Origin: a virus
DNA: 64,000 nt
IMG/VR virus record: IMGVR_UViG_3300037743_000151
Coordinates: 7,980-71,979 of that record
Direction: 5' to 3' (one strand)
Made by a program: the position numbers and the translations under genes. Below are positions 9,017 to 17,022 of the stretch, piece by piece. The notes beneath the pieces were generated by a model. It was not told where the DNA came from. It made no database searches and saw nothing but the letters and a program-made list of their open reading frames with translations. Each line of letters opens with the position of its first letter. The first letter of the stretch is position 1.

Positions 9017-9994
9017 ATGACCGACCAGACCCGGCACACCCCCGCCGAGGCCGTGCAGTACTGGTACGACGCCGCCGTCGAGCGGCTTGAGGAGCGCGAC
9101 CGGCTGCGTGCCGTCGTCGCGCGGATCCGACAGATGGCCGACTACTGGGAGCAGCAACTCCCGGAGGTGATCCGGACTCCGGCTGTCGTGTCCGCGCTCC
9201 GTGCCGCGATGGAGCCTGTCGTCTCGTCTGTCGGGCAGGCGCCCGCCCCCGACCGCACGGCGCTTGTTGCCCTTGGCGCCGAAGCAATCCGTGCCGCCGC
9301 ATGCCCTGGCTCAGACTGCCCTCACACGGAGGAGGAGTGCGCCGAGCAACGGATCCAGCCTGCGGCTTGGGAGCGGGGCGTGCTTTCCGAGGTGTACGGC
9401 CGCCCGGAGTGGTTTGCTGACGCGGTGCTTGCGGTGCTGCCAGCACCCGCCGACCGGACGGCCGTGCTGCGGGAAGCCGCCGACGCTCTGGACGCGTACA
9501 TCGACCGCTACCGCAGCCCCAGCATCGCCAACTGGACCGGCGCTGTGGCATTCCTGCGCCGCCTGGCCGACGCTGCCGTCGTGTCGGGTCGGACGGCCGA
9601 CGAGACGGGGGACGACCTGACGCCCGTCGGCGGCGCGAAGGGCAACCCGTTCGACTACCACCCCGAGGACGAGGCCGCAGTGCCGGACCAGACCAGCGAG
9701 GCGCCCCGTCGCGGCGACCAGTTCGAGGCGTGGCTGACGATGCAGCGCGACGAACACCGCGACGACGACCGCGGCCAGTGGACCACCCTCGACAACCTCC
9801 TCAACCTGTACCGCCTCCACGCCGACGCGTCTGCCGGTGGCGGGGCGCAGCAGCCGACCGAGGCCCGGACCGTCCTCCCCTGCAACTGGGCCCACACCCG
9901 GACCGAGCACAACTCGCACGACTGGGCGCCGCAGCCCGGCATAGACCCGGTGCACTGCCCCGGGTTCGAGCAGCCGACCGAGGCCCGGCCGTGA
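9017..9994 (+). CDS. Hypothetical protein
   Basis: In-frame ATG 9017 within ORF 8927..9994; 325 aa. Confidence 0.55.
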   Translation: MTDQTRHTPAEAVQYWYDAAVERLEERDRLRAVVARIRQMADYWEQQLPEVIRTPAVVSALRAAMEPVVSSVGQAPAPDRTALVALGAEAIRAAACPGSDCPHTEEECAEQRIQPAAWERGVLSEVYGRPEWFADAVLAVLPAPADRTAVLREAADALDAYIDRYRSPSIANWTGAVAFLRRLADAAVVSGRTADETGDDLTPVGGAKGNPFDYHPEDEAAVPDQTSEAPRRGDQFEAWLTMQRDEHRDDDRGQWTTLDNLLNLYRLHADASAGGGAQQPTEARTVLPCNWAHTRTEHNSHDWAPQPGIDPVHCPGFEQPTEARP

Positions 9995-10881
9995 CGGAGG
10001 CGTGGGAGACCGGCGACCTCGTCATCACCGCGCTCCTCCTGTGGCTGGCCGCGGGCGCGTTCCTCGCCGGGATGCTGTGTGCGGCTGTCGGGAGCGGGGT
10101 GGTGTGGGCGTGGAGGCGGCTGTACGGCCGCTGGAGGCACGCGCAGGCGCGGGACGCACCGCCGGAGCCCCAGCCCCCTGACAGCCCCTCACAGGCCCGC
10201 CTAAGCCACTCGCCGGGGCTCGTACCACCCGAGCCCCGGACTTGGCACCACAAGCCGCCACACGGGTCGCCAGACCCCACGAAGGAGCAACACATGACCA
10301 TCGCCATCGACTTCGACGGCGTCATCCACACCTACGACAAGGGCTGGCACGACGGCACCATCTACGGCGACTTCCTGCCCGACGCGATGCCCGCCATCGA
10401 GACGCTCATGGACCGCGATGCCGTGTTCATCCACACCACCCGCAACCCCCGCCAAGTCGCCCGCTGGATCGAGCGCACCTCCGGCCACAACATCGACTGC
10501 ACCACCCACCTGCCCCGCACCTGGTACGGCCGCCGCAAACCGTTCTGGAACACGCGCGGCCTGCTCCTCGTCACCGACCGGAAACTGCCCGCGACCGTGT
10601 ACATCGACGACCGGGCGCACCACTTCGAGTCCTGGGCACAGACGTTGCCCGCGCTCGGCGTCCCGGACTACCGCAGCGAGCAGGGCGCCCCCGTCGACTG
10701 GCAGGCCATAGCAGGCGAGCGGGAGCAGCAGTTGAAGGCGGCGCTCACCGCCCAGCAGCGGGTGAAAGACGCTCTCAAAGTCATCCACGAGTGGCAGCGG
10801 GACGGCGAGTCGAACGACTACATGACCCGCGTGCACAAGGCCCTCAACCCGCCCGTGTCCGGCACCTCGCAGTCCGCCTGA
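9991..10881 (+). CDS. HAD-superfamily phosphatase-like protein, possibly with an N-terminal transmembrane anchor (alternative start 10294)
   Basis: DFDGV(I)H motif after ATG 10294, which has a GAAGGAG SD. The same frame stays open back to GTG 9991, which forms a GTGA overlap with the upstream gene and encodes a hydrophobic helix plus a Pro-rich linker. Confidence 0.55.
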   Translation: MTEAWETGDLVITALLLWLAAGAFLAGMLCAAVGSGVVWAWRRLYGRWRHAQARDAPPEPQPPDSPSQARLSHSPGLVPPEPRTWHHKPPHGSPDPTKEQHMTIAIDFDGVIHTYDKGWHDGTIYGDFLPDAMPAIETLMDRDAVFIHTTRNPRQVARWIERTSGHNIDCTTHLPRTWYGRRKPFWNTRGLLLVTDRKLPATVYIDDRAHHFESWAQTLPALGVPDYRSEQGAPVDWQAIAGEREQQLKAALTAQQRVKDALKVIHEWQRDGESNDYMTRVHKALNPPVSGTSQSA

Positions 10882-10937
10882 CCCCGCCGCGTCGGCCGCC
10901 CCCACCCCGGGGCGGCCACCACCCCAAAGGACCCCAC

Positions 10938-11168
10938 GTGACCGACACCCCGACCCCCGCCATCGGCCAGATCTGGCAGGACAACGACCCCCGCGCCTAC
11001 GGCCGCAAGCTCCGCATCATCGAAATCACCGACACCCACGCCCTCGTCGAACTCCACCAGCCGAGACTGCCCATCAGCAACGCCAAGCCCGGGCGCCGCA
11101 CCCGCATCCGCCTCGACCGCTTCCGCCCCACCAGCACCGGCTACCGCTACATCGGGACCACCCCATGA
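10938..11168 (+). CDS. Hypothetical small protein
   Basis: In-frame GTG 10938 within ORF 10242..11168. Confidence 0.45.
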   Translation: MTDTPTPAIGQIWQDNDPRAYGRKLRIIEITDTHALVELHQPRLPISNAKPGRRTRIRLDRFRPTSTGYRYIGTTP

Positions 11169-11266
11169 CCCTCGCCACCGCGCTCGGCCTCGCCTGCCCC
11201 GGCATCAGCCTTCTCGCCGCACTCGCACTCGCCATACACGCCATCCGCAACCGGAGGAAACCATGA
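11165..11266 (+). CDS. Small membrane protein (33 aa)
   Basis: MTLATALGLACPGISLLAALALAIHAIRNRRKP. ATGA overlaps at both ends. Confidence 0.35.
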   Translation: MTLATALGLACPGISLLAALALAIHAIRNRRKP

Positions 11267-11628
11267 CCGAACAGCCCTGCCCCTTCTGCGAGATCGTCGC
11301 CAGCCGCGCACCCGCCACCGTCGTGCACGAGTGGTCCGACGTCATCGCCATCGTCCCGCTCAACCCCGTCGTCGACGGCCACACCCTCATCATCCCGAAG
11401 CGCCACGTCCGCGACTTCGCCACCGACCCCGAGGTGTCCGCCGACGCCATGCTGCACGCCGCCCAGCTCATGCGGTGGACCGACCGCCCCATGAACCTGA
11501 TCACCAGTCGGGGGCGCGAGGCGACGCAGTCCGTGATGCATCTTCATCTGCACCTAGTTCCCCGCGCGGCCAACGACGGCCTGGCGCTGCCCTGGCACAG
11601 CGGCCGATCCAAGGCAGGCACCCCGTGA
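11263..11628 (+). CDS. HIT (histidine triad) family nucleotide hydrolase/transferase
   Basis: CPFCEI... and the histidine triad VMHLHLHLVPR. Confidence 0.8.
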   Translation: MTEQPCPFCEIVASRAPATVVHEWSDVIAIVPLNPVVDGHTLIIPKRHVRDFATDPEVSADAMLHAAQLMRWTDRPMNLITSRGREATQSVMHLHLHLVPRAANDGLALPWHSGRSKAGTP

Positions 11629-11846
11629 CCGCCGCCCTGCTCGCCGTCCTCGCCCTGGCCGCCAGCTGGTACATCTGCCACCGCATCGGACGCCACCTCC
11701 AGCGTGCAGCCGTAACCGCCGAACGCCTGACCCGCCCAAGTTCCGACCCCGCACCCATACCCGACCGGGAGCAACTGGACGAGCAGGCCGCCATCGACGA
11801 GACGTTCGACGACATGATCAGCCGCTGGAACGAGGACGCCACATGA
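11625..11846 (+). CDS. Small membrane protein
   Basis: GTGA overlap at 11625. N-terminal hydrophobic helix AALLAVLALAASWYI. Confidence 0.45.
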   Translation: MTAALLAVLALAASWYICHRIGRHLQRAAVTAERLTRPSSDPAPIPDREQLDEQAAIDETFDDMISRWNEDAT

Positions 11847-12046
11847 CCGACCTGTCGTCGTCTCCCCGCGGCGAGCACACGCCTTGGCCGGGCGTCACCT
11901 GGGACACCCGCATTGTTCGCACCGAGCTGACGGTGGATGACGCGGAGGACACCTCCGGCCCCGACATGAATCAGCCACTCCCGCCCCGACCCAACCGGGC
12001 CACCCGCCGCGCACAAGCTCGCGCCAAACGGAAGAAGAACCGTTGA
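11843..12046 (+). CDS. Hypothetical small basic protein
   Basis: ATGA overlap at 11843. Confidence 0.4.
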   Translation: MTDLSSSPRGEHTPWPGVTWDTRIVRTELTVDDAEDTSGPDMNQPLPPRPNRATRRAQARAKRKKNR

Positions 12047-12171
12047 CCGACCGCACCCGCGAGCAGCCCGCGCCCGGCCCGGCTTGACGCCCATGCCACC
12101 ATGGTCCTGCTGTCCGAGTCGCACAAGCTGGCGCGGCCCGGGGACGAATGCGGTACCGGTGATGCAACAGC

Positions 12172-12207
12172 GCGAAGGCCCCGTCGACTTTTCGGCGGGG
12201 CCTTCGC
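12172..12207. terminator. Bidirectional stem-loop between convergent genes
   Basis: GCGAAGGCCCCG (12172-12183) pairs with CGGGGCCTTCGC (12196-12207). Confidence 0.6.
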
Positions 12208-12219
12208 TGCATTCCGGGG

Positions 12220-12666
12220 TCAGGGCCGCCACGACTCCAGGTAGCCGGGCCGGTCCGCGTAGGGCAGCGCGAGCAGGCGCAGCACGTAGTCGCCGTGGAA
12301 CCGGCGCTTGTTTGCCTCCAGGTGCCGCGAGCACGAGTCGTACTCGTCGAAATCCTCGGGGCGTGCGCCCTCGTAATTGATGCAGGGCAGGCCGGGGTGC
12401 GGGTCAGCACCGGGCGGGAGGTAGGCGTCGAGCATCTGCCGTTTCGCGTCGATCTCCCGCAGCACCCGCGCCGGATCATGGCGGACGATGTGCTCAGCGA
12501 CGCCAGCCCAGTTCGCGGAGGCACACTCCTCTGCGCGGTCACCTTCGGTAGCCACGATGACGCCGGTCTCGCCGATCTGCCGGAAGCTGTCGCCTGCTCT
12601 CCGCGCGATCCGCTCATCCTCATCGAGGCAGGCCGTCAGCCACTGCACCAGATCCACGCCGCTCAC
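12220..12666 (-). CDS. DUF6221-like protein
   Basis: HDPARVLREIDAKRQMLD ... LRLLALPYADRPGYLESWRP matches the family as remembered. GTG start overlaps the upstream stop. Confidence 0.6.
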   Translation of the reverse strand: MSGVDLVQWLTACLDEDERIARRAGDSFRQIGETGVIVATEGDRAEECASANWAGVAEHIVRHDPARVLREIDAKRQMLDAYLPPGADPHPGLPCINYEGARPEDFDEYDSCSRHLEANKRRFHGDYVLRLLALPYADRPGYLESWRP

Positions 12667-13208
12667 TCCTCAGCCTCCTCCCGGTCCGCCCACGCCAGCA
12701 GCACCGCCGCCAGATCGCGGGCGTACTGCGGGTCATCCACGACCCGGAGTCGGTTGAACCGGATCGACTGGCCGCGCCCCTGAACGATCACGTAGGCGTC
12801 GCCGCCGCTCGGGTAGTCGGCGATGCTCATGCGGGCGTACTGCCCCGCTTCGGTGCTCGCCAGAAGTGCGGCGAAATCCTGCCGGGTGTACTTCAACGGC
12901 ACCCGCCAGTCGGCGTCGTTGACGGACTCGTTCTCGTCTTGGGCGACGGCAGCCATGGACTCTCCTTGATCGGCTTCCGGGGTGAGGTCGGTCCGCTTGC
13001 CCTGCCGCTTCGGGTTGGCCTCGAACCACGCGGCCACCTCGTCGGCGCGGTAGCGGATTCTCGTGGAGCCCTCCGCCGGAACGGGCTGAGGGAAGGTGGC
13101 GCTGCGCCGGTACGTGTGCACCGACGACCGGCTGACGCCGTGCTCCTCCGCGATCTGCCCGATGGTGATCAAGCGCGGACTCCCCTCGTGTTCAGGGCTT
13201 TTGGGCAC
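12663..13208 (-). CDS. HTH DNA-binding regulator (excisionase/MerR-like N-terminus)
   Basis: ITIGQIAEEHGVSRSSVHTYRR looks like an HTH. GGGAGGA SD lies 7 nt before GTG 13208. The longer ORF runs to 13256. Confidence 0.55.
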   Translation of the reverse strand: MPKSPEHEGSPRLITIGQIAEEHGVSRSSVHTYRRSATFPQPVPAEGSTRIRYRADEVAAWFEANPKRQGKRTDLTPEADQGESMAAVAQDENESVNDADWRVPLKYTRQDFAALLASTEAGQYARMSIADYPSGGDAYVIVQGRGQSIRFNRLRVVDDPQYARDLAAVLLAWADREEAEE

Positions 13209-13279
13209 GGCTACATCCTCCCTGAACATCTGGACAATGTCCAGAAGTTCTGCCACTGTGGAACAGCACCAACGAGTAA

Positions 13280-13322
13280 GCCCCTCGGCCCACTACGGAG
13301 CAGCAACTCCGGGCCGAGGGGC
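13280..13322. other. Extended hairpin in a divergent control region
   Basis: GCCCCTCGGCCC (13280-13291) pairs with GGGCCGAGGGGC (13311-13322). An inner GGAG/CTCC pair extends the stem. Confidence 0.5.
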
Positions 13323-13506
13323 GGACCCACCTCAACCTCTACGAAAAGGCAGGCCCTGACGTGGATCGTATCCACCAGCCCCAAGCCGAACCCACCCCCA
13401 CGCACGAGCGTGCCGGGCACGACCTTCCCCAACGCCTCCCCGTCCCCGCCCCCCGCCCGCACCCCGAGCCCGCCCAGCTCCCCCGCCGCGCCCCCGGGGA
13501 CTCCCT

Positions 13507-13632
13507 GTGAGCGACATCGACGCCGACATCGACGCCGCCTGGGCCCTCACCCAGCAACGCATCGCCGCAGCCGCAGCCGCCGCCGAGGCAGCCGCCCAGG
13601 CCGCACGCGCCGCCGAGGAGGCCACCCGATGA
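13507..13632 (+). CDS. Small Ala-rich protein (41 aa)
   Basis: GTG 13507; its stop overlaps the next ATG (ATGA at 13629). Confidence 0.3.
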   Translation: MSDIDADIDAAWALTQQRIAAAAAAAEAAAQAARAAEEATR

Positions 13633-13733
13633 CCTGCTGCGGACGCCCCATGCAACAAGACGGCAACCAGTACGTCTGCCGCAAATGCGGCGCCTGGACC
13701 GACCCCGGCACACAAGCCGGAGGGCAGCACTGA
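13629..13733 (+). CDS. Small zinc-ribbon-like protein (34 aa)
   Basis: MTCCGRPMQQDGNQYVCRKCGAW; coupled to its neighbours. Confidence 0.4.
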   Translation: MTCCGRPMQQDGNQYVCRKCGAWTDPGTQAGGQH

Positions 13734-13924
13734 TGGGCTGGTTCAACCGCCGCGACCAAACAACCCGCGCCTACCCCGCCGCCGGCACCTCCGTCACCGG
13801 CGACAGCCGCCGCTTCCTTCGGGCCAAGACCGGCGGAGCCCGCCAAGCCGGACGGGGCGCCCAGGCATGGGAGGACGCCGACCGAGCCGACGAGCGCGCC
13901 CGCCGCGGCCGCTGGTCCCGCTAA
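13733..13924 (+). CDS. Small basic protein (63 aa)
   Basis: ATG 13733 overlaps the upstream stop. Confidence 0.4.
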   Translation: MGWFNRRDQTTRAYPAAGTSVTGDSRRFLRAKTGGARQAGRGAQAWEDADRADERARRGRWSR

Positions 13925-14003
13925 CCCACCAGACCGCCGGCCCAGCGCCTACAACCCCCAGAGCGCTGGGCCGGCTTCCGCTCCAGAACAGGACCACACC
14001 GCC

Positions 14004-14162
14004 GTGACCCGCCGCCGCACCACCACCCACCGCATCGGCCTACACAACCCGCTCGGACGCTTGGGCTTCACCGTGCTGGCGGCATTCGCACTCCTCAACG
14101 GACTCCTACTGCCCGGCCTCATCTGCACCGCCATCGCCATCTACGCCTGGAGGAACCGGTGA
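14004..14162 (+). CDS. Small membrane protein (52 aa)
   Basis: VTRRRTTTHRIGLHNPLGRLGFTVLAAFALLNGLLLPGLICTAIAIYAWRNR. GTGA overlap with the next gene. Confidence 0.4.
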   Translation: MTRRRTTTHRIGLHNPLGRLGFTVLAAFALLNGLLLPGLICTAIAIYAWRNR

Positions 14163-15226
14163 AGAAACTCACCGGAGGACAGCGCACCGTCCTCGCCCTC
14201 ACCACGATCCCCATGATCGCGGTCGGGATCGGCGGGGCCATCGGCACCTACGCCAACGCCGCCTCCGTCCTCCACCGCAAAGAGACCGCCCTCGGCGTCG
14301 TCGCGGCCGGCGAAGGCGCCACCCTCGTCGCCGCACTCGTCATGATCGTCGTGACGATGCTCGGGCAGAGCGCACCGGCCGTCGTGCGCGCAGCACTCTG
14401 GCTCCTCCCCGCCACCGCCTCCGTCATGGGCCTCGCCATCGCCCCCACCCTCCGCGAGGCCGTCGTCTTCGCCCTCACCCCCCTCGCCATGACCGCCAGC
14501 GCCGAGGGCGTTTCCTTCCTCGCCCGCCGGATCGTCGTGCACCGCACCGGCGTCGACATCGAGGCGCAGCAGCGGAACGCCTCCACGTTGCGGCAGATCG
14601 CCTACCACCGGGCGCGCGCCGAACGGCACCCGTGGAAGTGGGTACGCAGGCGGTCAACGCTGAAGGTGTGGCGGCTCCTCGGCCACGCGGGCGACGGTGA
14701 CGCGCAGCTGGGCGCCGGGCTCATGGTGGTGCAGCGAGCCCGACTCACCGAGGGCGCCAGCGATGCGCTTGGTGAGCTCCTCAGCGGCAGCCCGGCTCAG
14801 CTTGAGCTCACCGCGGCTCAGCCCCCTGTGAGCCCTGAGCCTGAGCCCACCGACTTCAACGAAGTCGCCGAGACCGCGATCCACGTCGCCACGCCCGAGC
14901 CCCTCAGGGATCCGACACCGGTACCAGTCCTTGACACGGACGTCCTCCGCACCATCTCTGACCTGCCCGTCTCACGTGAGCCCGGCTTGAGCCAGGCTGA
15001 GCCAACCACCGTGAGCCGCGCTGAGCCGAGCCCCGAGCCCGCGCCTGAGCCAGAGATCAACGAGCAGGAACGCCAAGTCCTCGAACTCGCCAACCGGCTC
15101 AGAAACGGTGAGCCGCTCACCAAGACCACCGCCGCCCAGATCCTCGCCGTGAGCCCGGCCACCGCCGGCCGACGACTCAAGGAAGCCCGCGGCCGAATCA
15201 ACGACGGAACGGGGCTGTACCTATGA
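14159..15226 (+). CDS. DUF2637-like polytopic membrane protein with C-terminal HTH (SpdA-like architecture)
   Basis: Four N-terminal hydrophobic segments, then HPWKWVRRRSTLKVWRL, and a C-terminal LTKTTAAQILAVSPATAGRRLKEAR. Confidence 0.6.
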   Translation: MKKLTGGQRTVLALTTIPMIAVGIGGAIGTYANAASVLHRKETALGVVAAGEGATLVAALVMIVVTMLGQSAPAVVRAALWLLPATASVMGLAIAPTLREAVVFALTPLAMTASAEGVSFLARRIVVHRTGVDIEAQQRNASTLRQIAYHRARAERHPWKWVRRRSTLKVWRLLGHAGDGDAQLGAGLMVVQRARLTEGASDALGELLSGSPAQLELTAAQPPVSPEPEPTDFNEVAETAIHVATPEPLRDPTPVPVLDTDVLRTISDLPVSREPGLSQAEPTTVSRAEPSPEPAPEPEINEQERQVLELANRLRNGEPLTKTTAAQILAVSPATAGRRLKEARGRINDGTGLYL

Positions 15227-15843
15227 GCCGCATCCCAGGCGCCGACGAGCTACGTGTGCGCGCCCTCCTCATCGCCCGCCAGGTCGGACCCGACGCCATC
15301 CCGCCGAAGCCCACGACGAGGCCGAAGGACTGGCTCGACGACATCATCACCACCGACATGGCACCCGCCGCCGAGAAGCCGGCGGAGCCCGAGCCGAAGG
15401 AGAAGCCCGCGCCGGCCGCGCCCGCGAAGGCAACCAAGCCGCGCCCCGCCAAGACCGCTACGAAGAAGAAGCCGAAGAAGGCCAAACGGCCCAAGCCCGG
15501 CACCCCCCGCGCGGCGTTCGACGGCCGTCCGCCCGCACCCCGCCAGTCCCTCGCCGACGCCTGGGACCGGGTCCCGTACCGGCTGAAGTGGCTGGCCTAC
15601 CACGCCTCCGCCGCCTATCTCGGCTGGTCAATAGGCCTGGTCGACTGGGCCACCTACGTCACCGCGTGGATCGCCACCACCGGGCTCGTTGGCCCGCAAG
15701 CCCTGTTCTGGTACTGCGCGGCCGGCGGGACCGTCCTCGTCTACCGGCGTACTCGCGGCTGGTGGACGCCCGCCGCGTGGCTTGCTGCCGTCCCTGTTAC
15801 GTCCACTGTCGTCGGCGTGCTCCTGTACGCCCCGCACCCATAA
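15223..15843 (+). CDS. Membrane protein with Lys/Ala/Pro-rich (histone-tail-like) cytoplasmic segment
   Basis: PAKATKPRPAKTATKKKPKKAKRPKP followed by 3-4 hydrophobic helices. ATGA overlap. Confidence 0.55.
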   Translation: MSRIPGADELRVRALLIARQVGPDAIPPKPTTRPKDWLDDIITTDMAPAAEKPAEPEPKEKPAPAAPAKATKPRPAKTATKKKPKKAKRPKPGTPRAAFDGRPPAPRQSLADAWDRVPYRLKWLAYHASAAYLGWSIGLVDWATYVTAWIATTGLVGPQALFWYCAAGGTVLVYRRTRGWWTPAAWLAAVPVTSTVVGVLLYAPHP

Positions 15844-15854
15844 AGGAACCTGTC

Positions 15855-16259
15855 GTGAACAGCGTGTTCGGCAACCTCGGCCCGGTCGGTCTCGCCCTCG
15901 TCCTGACGGTGCTGCTGGTGTTCGGCATCCCCGGCGGCGGGCAGTTGAAGCCGCTCGGCTGGTGGCCGACGCTGCTCCTGTCGATGCTCGCCGGGTCGGC
16001 GTACAAGGCGGCAGGCGGCCTATTCAAGATCGTTCCGGATCTGGTTGGCAGCCTGATCGGCACCGTCAACAGTGTTCTGCCCGGCGCCACGATGCCCGCA
16101 CTCGCCCTCGCGTTGGCGATCTTCATCCTGTTCAAGAAGCTGACCACCAAGCAGGTCGGCCTCCTCGGCATCGCCTTCTGGTACGTCGCTGCAGGCGCGG
16201 GCGGCACGTGGTCGTACCTGTCCGACTCGATCGCTCACCTCGGAACGAGCCTCGCGTGA
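15855..16259 (+). CDS. Polytopic membrane protein (SpdB-like size and topology)
   Basis: In-frame GTG 15855; four hydrophobic segments. Confidence 0.55.
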   Translation: MNSVFGNLGPVGLALVLTVLLVFGIPGGGQLKPLGWWPTLLLSMLAGSAYKAAGGLFKIVPDLVGSLIGTVNSVLPGATMPALALALAIFILFKKLTTKQVGLLGIAFWYVAAGAGGTWSYLSDSIAHLGTSLA

Positions 16260-16975
16260 GCTACTTCAACCTGCGCAAACGCGACACCGAGGCCGAGGTC
16301 GAGCCCGGCGGAGCCGAGGCGGAGGAGCCCGCGGAGACGCCGGAAGAGACCGCCGAGGAGCCGGAAGGGGAACCGGAAGGGGAGCAGCCCGCCAAGCAAC
16401 ACGGGCCGCTCCTCACCGGCATCCTCGGCCCCGGACGGTGGATCGCCGCCCGCCTCGGATCTAGCTGGGCCCTCGGCGTGCACGTCGTGGCCGTGTGGGC
16501 GATCGGCTTCTACGGCGGGTGGATTGCGGCCGGCGTCATCCTCGGATGGCTGGCCGCGGTCCTCGTCTTCGTCCCGCGCGAGTTCAAGGATCGGGTCTCC
16601 GGGTGGATCGAACGGTGGATCAGCGGCCGCTCAGAGCCCGATGAGCAGCCCGAAGAGGAGCGCCCCGCAAGCGCCCCCGAAGAGGTCTACGCCGCCACCC
16701 TCCAATGGGTGCGCGGCCAGGTCGGCGACAGCAACGGAATCCACCTCTCCGACCTCCTGGCCCACGCCCACGCCCACAACCTGCACACCGACCTCGATGT
16801 GACCGCCTTCCGGGCAGTGCTGGAGAGGTGGGGATTCCCCATCCGCCAGCAGCTCAAAGTGGGTGGCAAAAACCGGCCCGGAATCCACCGCGACGACCTT
16901 CCGAAACAGCCCCTTCCGACCCCCTCCCCCGAGGAGACTGGTTCCGCAACTACCACCGCCGTCTACCCGATCTGA
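16256..16975 (+). CDS. Membrane protein with acidic N-terminus and a C-terminal soluble domain
   Basis: GTGA overlap at 16256. A Glu-rich tract is followed by hydrophobic helices (WAIGFYGGWIAAGVILGWLAAVLVFV). Confidence 0.55.
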   Translation: MSYFNLRKRDTEAEVEPGGAEAEEPAETPEETAEEPEGEPEGEQPAKQHGPLLTGILGPGRWIAARLGSSWALGVHVVAVWAIGFYGGWIAAGVILGWLAAVLVFVPREFKDRVSGWIERWISGRSEPDEQPEEERPASAPEEVYAATLQWVRGQVGDSNGIHLSDLLAHAHAHNLHTDLDVTAFRAVLERWGFPIRQQLKVGGKNRPGIHRDDLPKQPLPTPSPEETGSATTTAVYPI

Positions 16976-17022
16976 TCTGCGCAAATACCTTGTCGACTAC
17001 CTGACTTACCTGGACGGTAACC

